Positions 24,841-36,762 of a stretch of DNA of 64,000 nt are shown piece by piece (position 1 is the stretch's first letter; the number at the start of each line of letters is the position of its first letter). Location of the stretch: NCBI GenBank assembly GCA_964016885.1, contig OZ024744.1, positions 40,052,001 to 40,116,000 of the forward strand, in the 5' to 3' direction. The stretch is from Eledone cirrhosa (Eukaryota). The notes below the pieces were generated by a model. It ran no database searches and was not told where the DNA came from. It saw only the letters and a program-made list of their open reading frames with translations. The translations under genes were made by a program, and so were the position numbers.

Positions 24841-25809
24841 CATTGAATGCGCTCAGGCGCTCACAGTCCTCTGGCAAGCGGGCGCAGCAATCAGTGGAGA
24901 CTCCACTTCGACATTCTATAGAGGGATTGTACGTTACAAGGGCGACGACGTGCTCGGAGAGACTCTGGGCGTCGAAGACGATGAGCTCACCAGTATGTTT
25001 GGTAGGACTTTCCGCCCGGGACCTATGGACAACTTCCAGAGGTCCCTGGCCTGGCAGTGTTACCGAGGAGCTCTACCGGTTCGTGACAAGATCTACAGGC
25101 ACGGACGCCCTGGCAGGGATCCTTCCAAGAGGACGTGTCCAAGATGTGCGCAGGACATTGAAACAGTTCTGCACGCAATTGTACACTGCCCGGGCGTAAG
25201 CGACCTGTGGAACTATGCAGAACAACTGCTGTCGCGTATGGGACAAATACAGTTGACTGCCGAGTCCATAGTAAGGATCAAACCGCCAGACTCTTTCAAA
25301 AATGAAAGAGAGGCGGTTTTCCTCTGTACGGTGGCTATGGTGAAAGAAGTTATATGGTGGACGAGGTTGAGAGGACTGAGGACAGATGCCTTTCTCTCCG
25401 GACAACAATTGATTCCCTTCTTTAAGTATCACTTTAGAAGGAGAATCAGGGTGGAGAGAGAGGCACTGCACCCCAGTAAATTTACTGAAAGGTGGGTGAA
25501 TGAAGCGAAAATGGCCCGAGTGATTGGGCCTTCTCTGTTTATAAGCCTGTAGGTTGAGGAAGAGAGCAAAAGGAAGAAAGGAGCACTTGCACAACACGCT
25601 CCTCGAGTTGAGGGTTGTTCTATCGACGGGGTATTAAACAACCCATTTGTGGCGCCTCCCCCCTATTGGGGATTTCGATTGTTGAAATTGTTTGTTTTTA
25701 TATTTTTTACACGACTGTATGTAAAATCCCCGGCATGTCTTTGTATTGTCCCCTTTCTTGTTGCGCCCTTGTGGCTAATAAAGAAATCTATCTATCTATC
25801 TATTTATCT
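24841..25809 (+). mobile_element. Tx1 subfamily B 3' fragment with a (TATC)n tail
   Basis: ORF 24950-25552 (PGPMDNFQRSLAWQ...CPRCAQDIETVLHAIVHC), ending aataaagaaa(tcta)n. Confidence 0.9.
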
Positions 25810-28231
25810 GGTTTTCAAAAATTCAATGAATGATATTTCATTCATTCAAAGAAGCAAACTCTTTGGGAGTATTTCGGTACTCATGAAGGATCAATTGACG
25901 GCCCAAAATTACTCTGTGTCGCCAATTGTATCCAACCTGTATACCTTTTTCCCTACAAACATGGGAAAAAGGACATAAAAGATTAGAATCACGATTGCCA
26001 CACCAAAGGTGAACATATTGTGGATACTGTGCGGCTTCATCAATTTTGATGAAGACAGAATACTGTCAGTAGGAAAGTCCCCCAGAGATGTATTCAATGG
26101 GACTAGCATTGAAGTTCTGGTGCAAATGAGCCCAGAGCGAATAGCTATGATCCCACAACGTGTACTCCTGGATGGACTCACTTACATAAACTTTTCGGTT
26201 GAGGGTAGGTGGCCTTCATGTTACCATTGCTTTAGCAGGGGTCACCTGAGGGCTCCCTGTCCTAAATTAATGAGTAAAAAAAAGGCTCTTCTGCCGACAC
26301 CCATCAAAACAACACAACCACCAACACCACCACAACAACAACAACACCAACACACAAAAATAACAACAACAAACACAGTCCCACCCAACCCCACTCCACC
26401 TAAAACCACTGCAAAATCACATACAGACACAACAGCTCCCCCAAGACATACCCCTCCCCAATCACACAGACGATACAACAGATGAGGCTATCTCGCCATC
26501 ACCCAGTGAAGACGAGGGAGAACCCCATCGCTCGAAAAGAAAGAAAAGACATCACAAAAGCAAAAAACCAGCAAACACTACCACAAACATACAACCACCA
26601 ACACAAACAACAAAAACATCACAAACAAAACCCCCACCTCCTGAAAACAAAATACCTACAACAAAACGAAAGCACACACAAGAACTACAGACAGATAAAA
26701 ACAAACACAACACAAGAAAATTACACTTACACTTACATGAACACTGAAAACAAAGCACTAATGGAGACCATCACGAACAACCCTGCGGTGAAAACCGAAG
26801 GGAAAACTTTCGCCCACTCTATTAAAAATAATAAAAAAACTGAACCTAAAACTGATTAGGGTCACTATACAAACTTATAGGTCCCTAAAAGAAACATTTG
26901 AAAAGGATGTGGGGAATTCCTGCGTGAAACCATTTAACCGCGTCCTTCTCAAATGTCTCCCCACCCCAGACAACCCCATCCCACCAGACCCCACCCTACC
27001 AAACATCTCCGTCCCCACCCCGCCGGAAACCACCACCCACCCAGACAACCCCTCCAACACCCCTATGGAAATCGTGCAGCCTGGTCCCCAGGAGATGAAG
27101 GGTGAGTGATTTCTTTTCCTCTTTTAACTTTTCAGCACCAACATGGCCAATATAAGAGTTGGATGTGTGAACGTACGCGGCCTGGGGATGCCCTGGAAAC
27201 AGGGCCAACTCTTAAACGACCCCAGGTTGCACAGTATGGTATGTAGTAGCCATTTGCAAATCCAGGATCCACAGCGAGCGAAAACACCTGGGCCTCATAA
27301 CACAGACGGTACATCTGGACCCGGAGGGTCGACTGGTGGTCCTAGATGTTGACGGTAGTGAAGGTGGAGCCTTCAGGCTGGTGGCTGCATATGTCCCATC
27401 CGGGACACCGCGGCCAGACTTCTTCAAACGTCTAGAGACTTTTCTGGGAACGTCCCGCTCCTTGCTTTTAGTGGGAGACTGGATTGGAATGCTAGATGCA
27501 CGTTGAGACTATGTGGGAGCATGTCCCGATAAAGGGGGGTGTAACATCCTCAAACAGTTAATCGGCCGATTTGACCTGGCCGATAGATATCGACTAGATT
27601 TTCCAACTGTGCCACTGTGGACGTGGACTAATCGCAGTGGAACATCTAGATCGTACCTAGATAGGGTTCTAGTTAGAAATAAGGATAGGGACATGTTAAG
27701 CTGTCCACAAATGTTCATGGTTGCCTATTCAGATCACAAACTAATGACCTCCATGGTCAACCTTGATAGAACCCATAGACAAGGACCCGACTACTGGAAG
27801 CTGAACTTGTCGTTACCGACATGCAAAGCCTACAGTAGACGGATTAGCACTTTAGTTAAACAGCACTTGACAGGGGCCATTGTCAACAACAGATGGTGGT
27901 ACTCTAGTTTTTAGTAAAGAATTAGCGTTAGATAGAAACAGAACCGAGAAGGAACTGGTAGATAAAGTAGAAGAGGCAATTAGAAGTGGCAACGTAGCCA
28001 GCATGCTAGCAACGAGAATGGCCTTGAACCAGTTCTTCGATGCAAAGCACGAGGGCTGCGTTGTCAGAAGCAAAATACGTGTTCTGGGAAACGAAGGAGC
28101 CAAAGCTGTTAGCTGGGCCCGAGTGACGGAGGCAAAAAGTGGCAACAAGTCCACGATTCGGTCTTTGAAGGACCAAAACGGACACGTGATACGTGAGCCG
28201 AAGCAGATGTGTGCAGCCTTTCAGTGGCACT
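25810..28231 (+). mobile_element. Tx1-clade LINE: partial ORF1 (CCHC knuckle) plus the ORF2 endonuclease, truncated before the RT
   Basis: CYHCFSRGHLRAPC; ORF2 start 27143 MANIRVGCVNVRGLG; VGDW, SYLDRV, YSDH and YWKLN motifs. Confidence 0.88.
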
Positions 28232-28358
28232 TTCCTGCTGACAATATTAATTTATTCCTGCTGACAATATTAATTTATTCCTAACAAGCTCATATGTCCC
28301 AAGGCTCTGATACCATCAACACTATAAATACAGAGCTGGCATATCTAAGAACTGACTA

Positions 28359-28414
28359 ACTGCCTGATGAGGTCATAGCCATTCAATGGCTATCATCAAA
28401 ATATATATAGCAGT
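28359..28414 (+). ncRNA. Degenerate minimal type-I hammerhead ribozyme (Penelope-type)
   Basis: actgc-CTGATGA-ggtcatagccattcaatggctatcatc-(A)AAA-tatata-TA-gcagt. Stem I and a long stem II form, but G12 is mutated to A. Confidence 0.65.
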
Positions 28415-28589
28415 AAATAAAGGATTATGAGTTCATGCAATTGACTTATGTTTCGTCACTATATATATATATATATTTATGTTGACAAACTGCTAACTCC
28501 TTTGATGTATGTATGTGTATATATACATATATGTATGTGTATGTAGATATGTATGTATATATATATCTCCGTGGATGCAACAAGATTTC

Positions 28590-29455
28590 AACACAGCAAC
28601 AACAACAACAGCAACTACAACAACAGCGACAGCTACAACAACAACAGCAACAACACCATTGTCTGTGTTGAATGTGCGTGTATGTATGTATATATATATA
28701 TATGTGTATGTATATATATATATGTATGTGTATATATCACACACGCGAAGTGAACAAATTTCAAAATTTCAACCCAGCGACTACAACAACAGCAACAACA
28801 ACAACAGCAACAGCACCATTGTCTGCAGCAGCATCATCAGTGAAATGAACAACAACAACGGCAGCAGCAACAAGCAGCAACAACAACAACAACAACAACC
28901 ACAACAACAACAACAACAACTGTAACAACAACAACAACTGCCACCACCATCACCATACTGACACCATCCACCACCTTCACCACCACCACAGCCACCACCA
29001 CCACAGCCACCAACACCACCAGCACCACCACCACCACCATCACTGGCACCGTCCACCACCACTGCCATCACCACCATCACTGACAACATCCACCACCATC
29101 ACCACCACCACCATCACTGACACCATCCACCACCACCACCTCCATCGCCAGCATCACTGTCACCATCCACCATCACCACCATCAGCATCACTGACACCAT
29201 CCACCACCTTCACCTCCACCACCACCACCACCATCACTGACACATCCACCACCATCACCATCACTGACACCATCCACACCACCACCACCATCACTGGCAC
29301 CATTTACCACCACCACCACCACCACCCCCACCATCACTGACGCCATCCACCACCATCACCACCACCATTCACCACCAGCACCACCATCACTGGCACCATC
29401 CTCCACCACCACCATCACCATCACTGACACCATCCACCACCACCACCATCACCAG
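28590..29455. repeat. (AAC/AGC)n and (CAC)n tracts with a nested accatcactgacaccatcc minisatellite
   Basis: Directly visible, with about ten recurrences of catcactg(a/g)cacc. Confidence 0.9.
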
Positions 29456-29550
29456 CGTAAAGCAAACAATTATTATTATTATATAAAAACTGAACTGGAC
29501 TGGAAAAGTCAACAGTGACATGATTTTGATTTTGTATCATACTGACGGTA

Positions 29551-29585
<35 letters not shown>

Positions 29586-29699
29586 AGGGGTGTGTGTTTG
29601 TATCCATGAGTGTTAGTGTGTGAGTGGAGTGTGTGTTTGTAGTTTGTATGCATGAGTGTTGGTGTGTGTGTGTGTGTGTGTGTGTTCGTGTCGTGTCAA

Positions 29700-32600
29700 T
29701 AAGTGTTTTTTTTTATGACCATGCTGCAAAATGGAAGGGTAGAGAGGGCCCTTGAGTCTAGTAAGACATCCTCTCTAGTGCTGGTGGCACAAATAAAAGC
29801 ACCCAGTCCATGCTGTAAAGTGGCATTGGTGTTAGGAAGGGCATCCAACCAGTGTATCAATGCCAAAACGCTTATCAGCACAGCAACAAATAGATAGGAA
29901 CAACAACAAAATATGAAGACGTCGCATCTCAGAGTTGCAACACTTAATGTTGGCACTCTCAGAGGTAGATCTGCTGAAATAGCGGAGATGTTGGAGAGAA
30001 GGCATGTGGATGTGTGCTGCGTGCAAGAGGTGAGATGGAGAGGTGCCTCTGCAAGACTAGTCGTAGGAAAACATCTTAGCTATAAGCTTTTCTGGGTAAG
30101 TAAGGATGATGGGTTAGGGGGAGTAGGCATTTTCCTGGCTGAGAGATGGATCAATAAGACAATAGAGGTAGTTCGAGTTAGTAATCGAATAATTAAGCTT
30201 AGATTAGTTGTAGGCAGGAGACTACTGACAATCTGCTCCCCAAGCAGGTCTAGGTAAAGAAGAGAAAGACTGCTTTTACGAGCAACTTTTACAAACAACT
30301 GCAATGACAGAATATGGAGACATCGTTATGTTAGCAGGGGACTTCAATGGGCACGTTGGACAGCTCCAGGATGGTTACACATTGGGTACATGGTGGGCAC
30401 GGTTATGGCTCAAGAAATGAAGAAGGTGTGAGACTTCTTGAATTTTGTGATGCAAGTACACTTACTATTTGGAACACTAACTTCCAGAAACCTGCCAACC
30501 ACCTAATAACCTACAAATCTGGCGAGCACATAAGCCAGATTGACTTCTTACTAGTAAGGCAGCAGGACAGGCAGATAGTGTCTAATACTAAAGCATACCC
30601 TGGGGAAGAATGTACCCCACAGCATAGGTTCGTCGTTAGTGATATCTCAGTAAGCAAGAGATGGAATGAGACATACAGGAAGGTGTGGAGAAGAAAGATC
30701 TGGAAACTAAAAGAGCTTTCACTAAAATACAAATTTAGGAAACTCCTTCAAGATATGTATGACGAAAAAGAAGACGATTTAGAGACGCATGGCATAGATA
30801 ATAACTGGAATTTCTTATGTGACAACTTACTGCAGGCTACTGATGAAACTTGTGGCTGGAGCAGAGCTCCAACCAGACAGAGAGTGACCTGGTGGTGAAC
30901 CAGCACAGTAAATAAGGCCATTAGAGACAAAAGACTAGCATGAAAGTCTTGGAAAAAGGGTGGGAGTAGGGAAGAATATACAGCCGCTAAGAGAGAAGCT
31001 AGATGTCAGGTGTACTTAGCACGCAGGGAGGCGGAGAGTAGGAGGTTTGCCAATGTTCTGCGATGGGAAGATCAGAGGTGTGCGGTGTTCCACATTGCAA
31101 GGCAGTGTGTCAATGCAAATCAGGATGTTGTTGGAGATAAATCTGTCCGGGATGATGCTGGTGTACTTAGTGTTACGAATGATCAGAAAAAGGAGGCCAG
31201 GAAATGTCATTATGAGCGACTGATGAATGTGGAGAACGATTGAGAGAGAGAGAAATTACTCTCAGTAGATCCGACAGAGGGACCAGCTATTGAGATTGAT
31301 GAATATAGGGTCCAAGATGCGATTAAGGAAATGAAAAATGGTAAGCCTGCTGGATCATCGGGGATAGTTGCTGAGATGCTGAAGGCATCAGGGGACGTAG
31401 GCACTAAACTGGTTGCACGCATCATTAATCAGGCTATATATGGTGGTGTCATACCCAAAGACTGGTGCAACAGTATTCTCATAAATTGCTACAAAGGTAA
31501 AGGGGATGCTCTGGAGAGGAGCAATTATAGGGGTATAAAACTGATGGATCAGGTCATGAAAGTGGCAGAAAGGATATTAACACAACTAATTAGAGAAAGG
31601 GTCAAACTAGATGAGATGCAGTTTGGTTTTGTGCCTGGGAAGAGTACAACAGATGCCCTCTTCTTGGTGAGACAATTGCAAGAGAGGTTCTTAGAGAAAA
31701 ATAAGCCACTATACTTAGCCTTTGTTGACCTAGAGAAGGCCTTTGATAGGGTATCCCGATCTGTCATCTGGTGGTCCCTAAGGAAACTAGGTGTTGAGGA
31801 ATGGCTTGTGAGGACAGTGCAAACTTTGTACAGAGGTACTCTCAGTAAAGTCAGAGTAGGAATGGAGTTTAGTGAGGAATTCCAGATACAAGTAGGAGTA
31901 CATCAAGGTTCGGTCCTCAGCCCGCTCTTGTTCATTATAGTCCTCCAAGCCATAACAGAGGAGTTTAAGACTGGCTGTCCATGGGAACTTCTCTATGCTG
32001 ACGATCTGGTTCTTATAGCAGAATCAGTAGAGGAGCTAGAGAATAAATTCTGGCTATGGAAACAGCAGTTGGAAGCAAGAGGACTGAGAGTGAACCTAGC
32101 TAAGACAAAAGTGTTGATGAGTAGAAAAGAGGACAAAACTCTGATTCCGTCAGGGAAATGGCCAGGTTCGATATGCAGAAAAGGAACTGGCATAAATTCT
32201 ATAAAATGCACACAATCCAGATCCTGGGTACACAAGAGATGTAGCGGGATAGCAGGCAAACTAACAGGTAGGGAGAAATACGTATGCAGATGTACAGGGA
32301 AATTAGACAGTAGAAGTCGCATTGATAGACACATTTTTCAAATGCAGGCGGGTGCTATAGAAGTGGTTGATAGCTTCTGGTACCTAGGTGATCAGATTAG
32401 CATGGGAGGGGGGGGGGTTCCGAGGCCATAGTATCTAGAATAAGGATGGGTTGGAAGAAGTTTAGGGAGCGAAGCAGCTGACGAAGAAGGGTTTCTCCCT
32501 GCGTACGAAAGGCCGGTTATATAATGCCTGTGGGAGGAGTGTGATGCTGCATGGTAGTGATACATGGGCAGCAACTGCAGAGAATATGCGACAGCTGGAG

Positions 32601-32987
32601 AGAAATGAGGCAAGCATGCTGGATGTGCAGTGTCAATGTGCGTGAATGACCCAGCATGAATATATTGAGAGAGAAACTGTGTCTGAGAAGGATAGAATGT
32701 AGTGTGCGAGAGAGGAGACTGAGGTGGTATGGACATGTGATGCGCATGGAGGATGACCTATGGGTGAAGAAGTGCTAGGAAATGCCAGTTGAAGGAAGAC
32801 GTGGTAGAGGTAGACCACGAAAAACATGGGCGGAAGTGGTAAGAACAAACCTCAGATCGCTGAAGCTCACGGCAGTGATGACGAAGGACCGTGACAAGTG
32901 GAGAGATGCTGTGCTGAATAAGACCCGTCCCACCCTTGCAAGTAGGAAAGAGCGGACGTAAAATGATGATGATGATGATGATGATGA
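29700..32987 (+). mobile_element. Near full-length RTE-clade LINE (APE endonuclease plus RT with a PHD-like insert), inactivated by stops and frameshifts
   Basis: LRVATLNVGTL, CVQEVRWRG, GDFN, SQIDFLL, QFGF, AFVDLEKAFD, HQGSVLSPLLF, LYADD and [10 protein letters not shown] motifs, with an (ATG)n tail. Confidence 0.95.
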
Positions 32988-32997
32988 TATATATAGA

Positions 32998-33525
32998 AGT
33001 AGTAACACAACAGTTAGTTCACCATACCGAGAACAATTGTTTCACCTCATGCGGATCTTCAGCTCAGACTGGTAATGGTTATATGGAACAAGAAGAACAA
33101 CCATATGAATGCAGACGCGCAGAAATGGTCACTTCACCCAAGCGATACAAAACCATGGGCAAAAGGTGTAAGGGAGATAACTGCAAATCTCCAGAACAAA
33201 ATGTTCGAGTTGATTAGAAAATTAGAATGTTGTTATTCAATCCGGAGCTTTGTAGTTATACAAGAGGTGTTTCCAGATATGTGGACAACGTGAGAAGATT
33301 TCATATCTTGAATTTAGGCAATCACTATTGTGTAATGTCCTTAGAATATTTATCCTTTCTTCAATATACAGTCCACAAGACGGATTACCCCTTGTGTATG
33401 GCTTGGACTTAGTGATAGCTTTCCATTGAATGGAGCAGTCTATACCTGAGCCTTTGAGGGACCACACATGGCTCATGAGCTTCGTAGATGACGATCAGCC
33501 ACAAAGCTCGCGAGCCACGTGTGGT
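32998..33525 (-). mobile_element. Penelope-like element 3' end (GIY-YIG C-terminus, 3' UTR, hammerhead) with a 5' inversion
   Basis: SHVWSLK...IQWK...KPY....CGL.IEERINI....CLNSRYEIFSRCPH matches the Penelope endonuclease C-terminus. Confidence 0.85.
33021..33073 (-). ncRNA. Minimal type-I hammerhead ribozyme, core intact
   Basis: Minus strand accagtctgag-CTGAAGA-t-cc-gcatga-gg-t-GAAA-caattg-TT-ctcggtatggt. Stem I is ctgag/ctcgg extended by acca/tggt, and stem-loop III is palindromic. Confidence 0.75.
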
Positions 33526-33764
33526 ACGTTGGTACCACAAAACATCCAGCCCACAATGTAATTATGGTTAGCATTAGGAAGGGCATCTAGCTGTAGAAAA
33601 CCAGCCTGAAACAGTCCTATATGAGCAAGACTTGGTCACCTGACCCAACTTGCCTCAAATGGGACAAACCAAGCTAACCCATGTTAGCATGGAAAATATA
33701 CATAAATGATGATGATGATGATGATGATATATATATATTAATTAATTAATTTATTTATATTTAT

Positions 33765-33801
<37 letters not shown>

Positions 33802-36762
33802 CCGTTTTACGTCCGTTTTTCCACGCTAGCATAGGTTACACGGTTGTCCTGTTGTGGGCAGTGTCCGGTCGGCTGACCTTGTCTTGCTCATACAGGAACT
33901 GATTCTTTACAGTGTGGGCTGGGTGCTTTTTGCCGTGGCACCTCCACGACCACTTTGCAGTGGGAGGGTGTGGGGACATATTGTCTAAATGCTTCAGCTT
34001 CTGCTTGTACCCATGGGGGTTCAGGTCCTCTGTATTACTGCGTGACGCCAGAGGTCACGTTCGTGTGTCATCGCCTTTGAGAGGTGTAATTGGGTAAGGT
34101 CGGCTTTTATAACCTCATCCGAGGTCTTCTTGGGCCTCTACACTCCGTGACTTCTATCGACTTCTAGTGCTCTGCACCTTTTTATGCAGCTGTCATCCTT
34201 CATACGCATCACATGTCCATACCAACGCAACTGCCTCTCCTGCACACAGCATTTGATTCCTCTTTTGTTCAGTCTCTCTCTCAATTCGTTTATGCTTTGC
34301 CATTCGCGTGTATTACTATTACACATCCATCGGAGCATGCAGGCTTCGTTTCTTTCTAATCTACGTCCAGGTCTCACTACCATGTATCATTGCTGTTCGT
34401 ATACATGCATCATACAGTCTGCCTTTCATTTTGAGGGAAAAGCCTTTTGCATCTAGCAGTGGCAGTAGCTCCCTGAACTTCTTCCATCCCGTTCTTACCC
34501 TAGTTATTGTACTTTCCGAACAACCACCTCCGCTGCTAATTCGGTCACCTAGGTAGCAGAAGCTATCTACTGTTTCTACAGAGCCGTCCCAGAGTTTGGT
34601 GGTGCTTGTTTCCTGTGGCTGTTTGCTGCTTGCTGTCGCAGCGCAGCTGCTGCATGTGAAGCCTACATTCTTAATTAAGCTTTCTGAGATCCTGCTACAT
34701 TTCTTGTGTACCCATTGTTTGCATTTGGGGCAGAGGATGGAGTTCCTACCTACACCTTTACTACATACTGAGCAAGACCATTTTCCTGAGGGGATCTGGG
34801 TTCTGTTTTCTCGTCTACTTACAAGGACCATAGTCTCTGTCAGGTTGACTTTGTGACCCTTTCTTTCTAGTCCCTGCTTCCATGTTTGGAATTTCTTCTC
34901 TAGTTCTACCATAGATACAGCTATAATAGCGAGGTCATCTGCATACAGGAGTTCCCATGGGCATCCGGTCTTAAACTCCTCTGTTATTGCCTACAAAACT
35001 ATGATGAACAGGGGAGGGCTAAGAAAAGAGCCCTGGTGGACACCAACCTGTCTGCTAAATTCCTCGCTATACTCATTGCTAATCCTAACTTTGCTGACTG
35101 CTCCCCTATACATGGCTTGTACAACTTTCACAAGGCATTCATCTACTCTAGTTTTCTAAGAGCCCACCAGATTATAGCACATGGAACTCTGTCAAAGGCT
35201 TTCTCGAGATCGACAAATGCCAGGTAGAGCGGCTTACTTTTAGCTAGGTACTTTTCCTGTAACTGCCTCACAAGGAAGAGGGCATCAGTGGTGCCTCTTC
35301 CTGGCACAAACCCAAATTGCATCTCATCTAGTTTCACCTGGTCCCTAAGCAACTGTGCTATAACTCTTTCTGTTACTTTCATGACCTGGTCCATCAGCTT
35401 TATACCTCTATAGTTTCCTCTATCTAGTGTATCACCTTTATCTTTGTAGCAGTTGACAATGATGCTACTGCACCAATCTTTTGGTATGACACCTTCTAGT
35501 ATTACCTGGTTAACAATATGTGTGGTTGTGGTATGACCTACCGACCCAGATGCCTTCAGCATCTCGGCAGCTATACCCGATGGACCGGTTGCCTTCCCCA
35601 TCTTCATATCTTTGATTGCCTTACTTACTACGTTGCTGCTGACTTGTACTGCTGGCCCCTCTATAGGGTCTACTTGGGGTAGGGTCTCTTCTTTCCATGC
35701 ATTCTCCTCATTTAGTAATCTTACATAATGGCTCTTCCACGCAGCTTTCTTCTCGGCACTTGTGAGGGCAAGCTCACCTTTATCATTCCGGGTACACTTC
35801 TCTCCAATGACATCACAATTCTCTCTGACACACTGCCTCACAATCTTGAACACCTCCTGTTTCTGGTCCTCATGCTGCAAGACATGCTTGAATTTTCTAC
35901 CCTCCGCTTCCCTCCTAACTAAGTATACTTGTCGCCTAGCTTCCCTCCTGGTCTCTATGTAATGTACCCTACTTCCCCCATTCTTCCATTCTTTCCATGC
36001 CTGTGTCTTAGCCATAACTGCCTCATCTACTTTATTGTTCCACCACCAAGTCACTCTCCTCCTCCCTGTGGTCTTGCTCCAACCACAGATCTCATCTGTT
36101 GCCTTTAGTAAGTTATTTTTTAGGAACTGCCAGTGCTCTTCTACATTGAATGTCTCTTTCTGTTCTTCTTTACTGTCGTAGGCATCGAGTAGAATATCTT
36201 TAAATCTGTTACTGGTTGAGGGGACTTTCAGCTTCCAGATCTTTCTTCTCCAGGTTGCCTTCTGTTTCCAAGTTCATCTAGTTCTGACCGTGAAGTCGCT
36301 GACAACTAAGTTATGTTGGGAGGTACATTCCTCACTAGGGAAGGCTTTTGTGTTTACAACCGTCCATCTGTCATGTCCTCTGATGAGGATAAAATCTATC
36401 TGACTAGAATGCTCCCCTGATCTATAGGTGATCAGGTGGTTGTCGGGTTTTTTGAAGTTTGTGTTACATATCGACATGTCATTGGCATTGCAGAATTCTA
36501 GAAGCCTGAAGCCTTCTTCATTTCCTGTGCCAAACTTGTGGCCTCCATGGACTCTATAGAAGCCGTCACGGTGTTTACCTACATGTCCGTTAAAATCTCC
36601 TGCAATGATTAGGAAGTCATTGTCGTTTGTTAGAGCAGTAGTGTGCATTAGGGACTCATAAAATCTATCCTTAAATTCGTCTGGCAACCCTGATTGAGGT
36701 GCATAAGCTGATATTATTGTGGTAATTGTTTTAGTCAAGACTAGTCTGAGTTTAATGATTCT
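33765..36762 (-). mobile_element. RTE-clade LINE (second subfamily) with an intact PHD-like insert, slightly 5'-truncated
   Basis: ISAYAPQ, AGDFNGHVG, QIDFIL, QFGFVPGRGTTDA, AFVDLEKAFD, LYADD and FCYLGD motifs, with an (ATG)n tail at the low-coordinate end. Confidence 0.95.

Noticed and set aside
27102-27135. 34-nt GT-AG mini-intron fusing Tx1 ORF1 to ORF2
   Set aside because: The spliced product is out of frame with the ORF2 ATG, the intron is very short, and the other two copies lack the AG.
29700-36762. The convergent RTE pair as one giant inverted-repeat element
   Set aside because: They are two clearly divergent subfamilies with separate tails and a Penelope fragment between them, so independent insertions are simpler.
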